64,000 nt of DNA from NCBI GenBank assembly GCA_030390025.1, contig CM059431.1, positions 100,504,001 to 100,568,000 on the forward strand, given 5' to 3'. A program made the translations under genes and the position numbers. A model generated the notes under the pieces. It had not been told where the DNA came from and ran no database searches. It saw only the letters and a list, made by a program, of their open reading frames with translations. The DNA is from Squalus acanthias. Lineage: Eukaryota. Below are positions 61,570 to 64,000 of this stretch, piece after piece. Within the stretch, counting starts at the first letter, position 1, and every line of letters starts with the position of its first letter.

Positions 61570-62802
61570 TGTCAAACCTATTGGAGTTCTTTGAGGATGT
61601 AACTAGTGGAGTAGACAAAGGGGAACCGGTAGATGTGGTCTAAGGTCCCACACAAGAGGTTGGTGAACAAAATTAGGGCACATGGAATTGGGGGTAATAT
61701 ACTAGCATGGATTGAGAATTGGTTAACAGACAGAAAACAAAGAGTAGGGATAAACGGGTCTTTTTCAGGATGGCAGGCTGTGACTAGTGGGGTACCGCAA
61801 GGATCGGTGCTTGGGCCCCAGCTATTCACAATCTATATCAATGATTTGGATGAGGGGACTAAATGTAACATTTCCAAATTTGCTGATGATACAAAGCTAG
61901 GTGGTAGCGTCAGTTGCGAAGAGGATATGAAGAGGCTTCAAGGGGATCGCGACAGGCTCAGTGAGTGGGCGAGAACATGGCAGATGGAATATAATGTAGA
62001 TAAATGTGAAGTTATCCACTTTGGTAGAAAAAACAGAAAGGCAGAGTATTTCCTAAATGGTGAAAGATTGGGGAATGCAGATGCTCAAAGGGACCTGGGT
62101 GTCCTTGTACATGAGTCACTGAAAGTGAATGTGCAGGTGCAGCAAGCCATTAGGAAGGCAAATGGTATGCTGGCCTTCATTACAAGAGGATTTGAGTACA
62201 GGAGTAAAGAAGTCTTGCTCCAATTATATAGGGACTTGGTGAGACCACACCTGGAGTATTGTGTACAATTTTGGTCTCCTTACCTAAGGAAGGATATACT
62301 TGCCATAAAGGGAGTGCAACGAAGGTTCACGAGATTGATTCCTGGGATGGCGAGACTGTCGTATGAGAAGAAATTGAGTAAACTAGGCCTGTATTCTCTT
62401 GAATTCAGAAGAATGAGAGGGGATCTCATTGAAGCATACAAAATTATTACAGGGCTTGATAGGATGGATGCTGGGGGAATGTTTCCCTTGGCTGGGGAGT
62501 CTAGAACCAGGGGCCACAGCCTCAGGATAAAGGGTAGGCCATTCAGGACTGAGATGAGAAGAAATTTCTTCACACAGAGGGTGGTGAATCTTTGGAATTC
62601 TCTACCCCAGAGGGCTGTGGAGGCTCAGTCACTGGGTATATTCAAAACAGAAGTCGCTAGATTTGTGACTAGTAAGGGCATCAAGGGATATGGCGATAGG
62701 GCCGGTGAATGGAGTTGAGGCAGAAGATCAGCCATGATCTTATTGAATGGCGGAGCAGGCTCGAGGGGCCGAATGGCCTACTCCTGCTCCTATTTCTTAT
62801 GT
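61570..62802 (+). mobile_element. CR1 3' 1.2 kb with uninterrupted 361-aa RT/C-terminal frame
   Basis: ORF 61633-62718: KVPHKRL, GVPQGSVLGP, KFADD, LVRPHLEYC. Confidence 0.95.
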
Positions 62803-63019
62803 CCACTGTTTGTGAAGACACTGAATAAGAATGGATGACCTTGTATAACCTTGCCTCACTCTCCTTGTGGTAAAGTGAGATTCAGTGAGTCTTTTGCTTC
62901 CCTTACTTGGTCTTCTAAGTGGAGAACACATCTTGAATAATATCCAAGATTTTGACACGTACTCCCATGGCTTCCAGCTGTGTCAGGAGGGCTGCATGAA
63001 GCTCTCGGCCTTATACAAA

Positions 63020-63472
63020 CCGAGGAACTGGAGAATGTTAGCTGTGAGGAAAGATTGGTTAGGCTGGGGTTGTTTTCTTTGGAACAGAACAGGTTGAGGG
63101 GAGACTTAACTGAGGTGTATAAAATTATGAGGGGCCTCCGCGGATAGAGTGGATAGGAAGGACCTATTTCCCTTAGAGAGAGATTAATAACCAGGGGGCA
63201 CAGATTTAAAGTAATCAGTAGAAGGATTAGAGGGGAGTGGGGGGTCTGGAGGGCGGTGGGGGGTCTGGAACTCACTGCCTGAAAGGGTGGTAGAGGCAGA
63301 AACCCTCATCACATTTAAAAAGTACTTGGATATGCACCTGAAGTGCCGTAACCTACAGGGCTACAGACCAAGAGCTGGAAAGTGGGATTAGGCTGGATAG
63401 CTCTTTTTCGGCCAGCACAGACATGATGGGCCGAATGGCCTCCTTCTGTGCTGTAAATTTCTATGATTCTAT
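63020..63472 (+). mobile_element. CR1 3' fragment
   Basis: Matches 3600-4040 subfamily. Confidence 0.88.
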
Positions 63473-63559
63473 GAAAGTGGTGTAAGTGTGGTTCCCCAGA
63501 ACCTTACTATGTTCTGCGATCTTCTGTAAAGCCACCCCCCACACAACATATTCCTCAGG

Positions 63560-63780
63560 AGAAAGTCTGCCTGTTGCTTTCTGATTGCCCTGCTGTCCTC
63601 CTGAGTGTGTGCAATGACAACTATAGTTTTCAAATTCACTCAGATCCCCTCTCTTGTGGACAGAAACCATAACAAGTCTCTGGAACATCAAGGGTATACA
63701 TAGTTCCAACAGAATACTGCTCACCAATTTCAGAAAGGTCATTTCCAAGGGAGTCAGCGTGGCCAGCATTGTTTTCCAAG
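63560..63780 (-). mobile_element. Very old non-LTR RT fragment
   Basis: VSVHKRGDLSEFENY resembles the RT domain-0/1 motif KKGDxxxCxNYR. Confidence 0.35.
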
Positions 63781-64000
63781 GTCATTTCTCTTCACTACCC
63801 TCCCATAGAGCAGCTATTAGGAATCAAAATAAACACGACCACAAATACAGCTTACCTTCCTAGACTACTACATCATGCCTGACTATAATTAGACTGGAAT
63901 TCCCTTCTAAATGTTCCATAAAGTTAGCTATGACCAATAAACAGGCTAATTCTAGCTATTTACAGAATCCCCCTTCTTAGAATCTTGACGCAATTAAATA

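Noticed and set aside
61633..62718. 361-aa RT ORF as a functional or domesticated gene
   Set aside because: 5'-truncated CR1 lacking the endonuclease and the RT N-terminus; the open frame reflects youth only

Overview
Eukaryotic, repeat-dense, essentially non-coding DNA from a vertebrate, very probably a cartilaginous fish (shark). This is inferred from the repeat set: many CR1-clade LINE fragments, L2 fragments, Deu-domain (SacSINE1/AmnSINE1-like) tRNA-SINEs and a Penelope-type terminal repeat. No intact host protein-coding gene could be recognised; almost all ORF-track entries are transposon-derived or low-complexity artefacts. Best-supported highlights: (1) a 3.24-kb PIF/Harbinger DNA transposon (13750-16985; 17-bp TIRs, TTA target duplication) nested in a near-full-length CR1, carrying a decayed 3-exon Myb/SANT + coiled-coil + AT-hook gene and apparently an internally deleted transposase; (2) a 215-bp fold-back Penelope-like insert with a 16-bp TSD containing a minimal hammerhead-ribozyme consensus; (3) hAT-type and Harbinger-type MITEs; (4) minisatellites associated with transposon sequence, one with 369-bp higher-order structure and inverted units; (5) two SINE/LINE 3'-tail partner pairs; (6) weak, unverified minus-strand alternative first-exon candidates of an unidentified host gene. 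Boundaries of degraded repeats are approximate (tens of bp). Family names come from motif recognition, not database searches.
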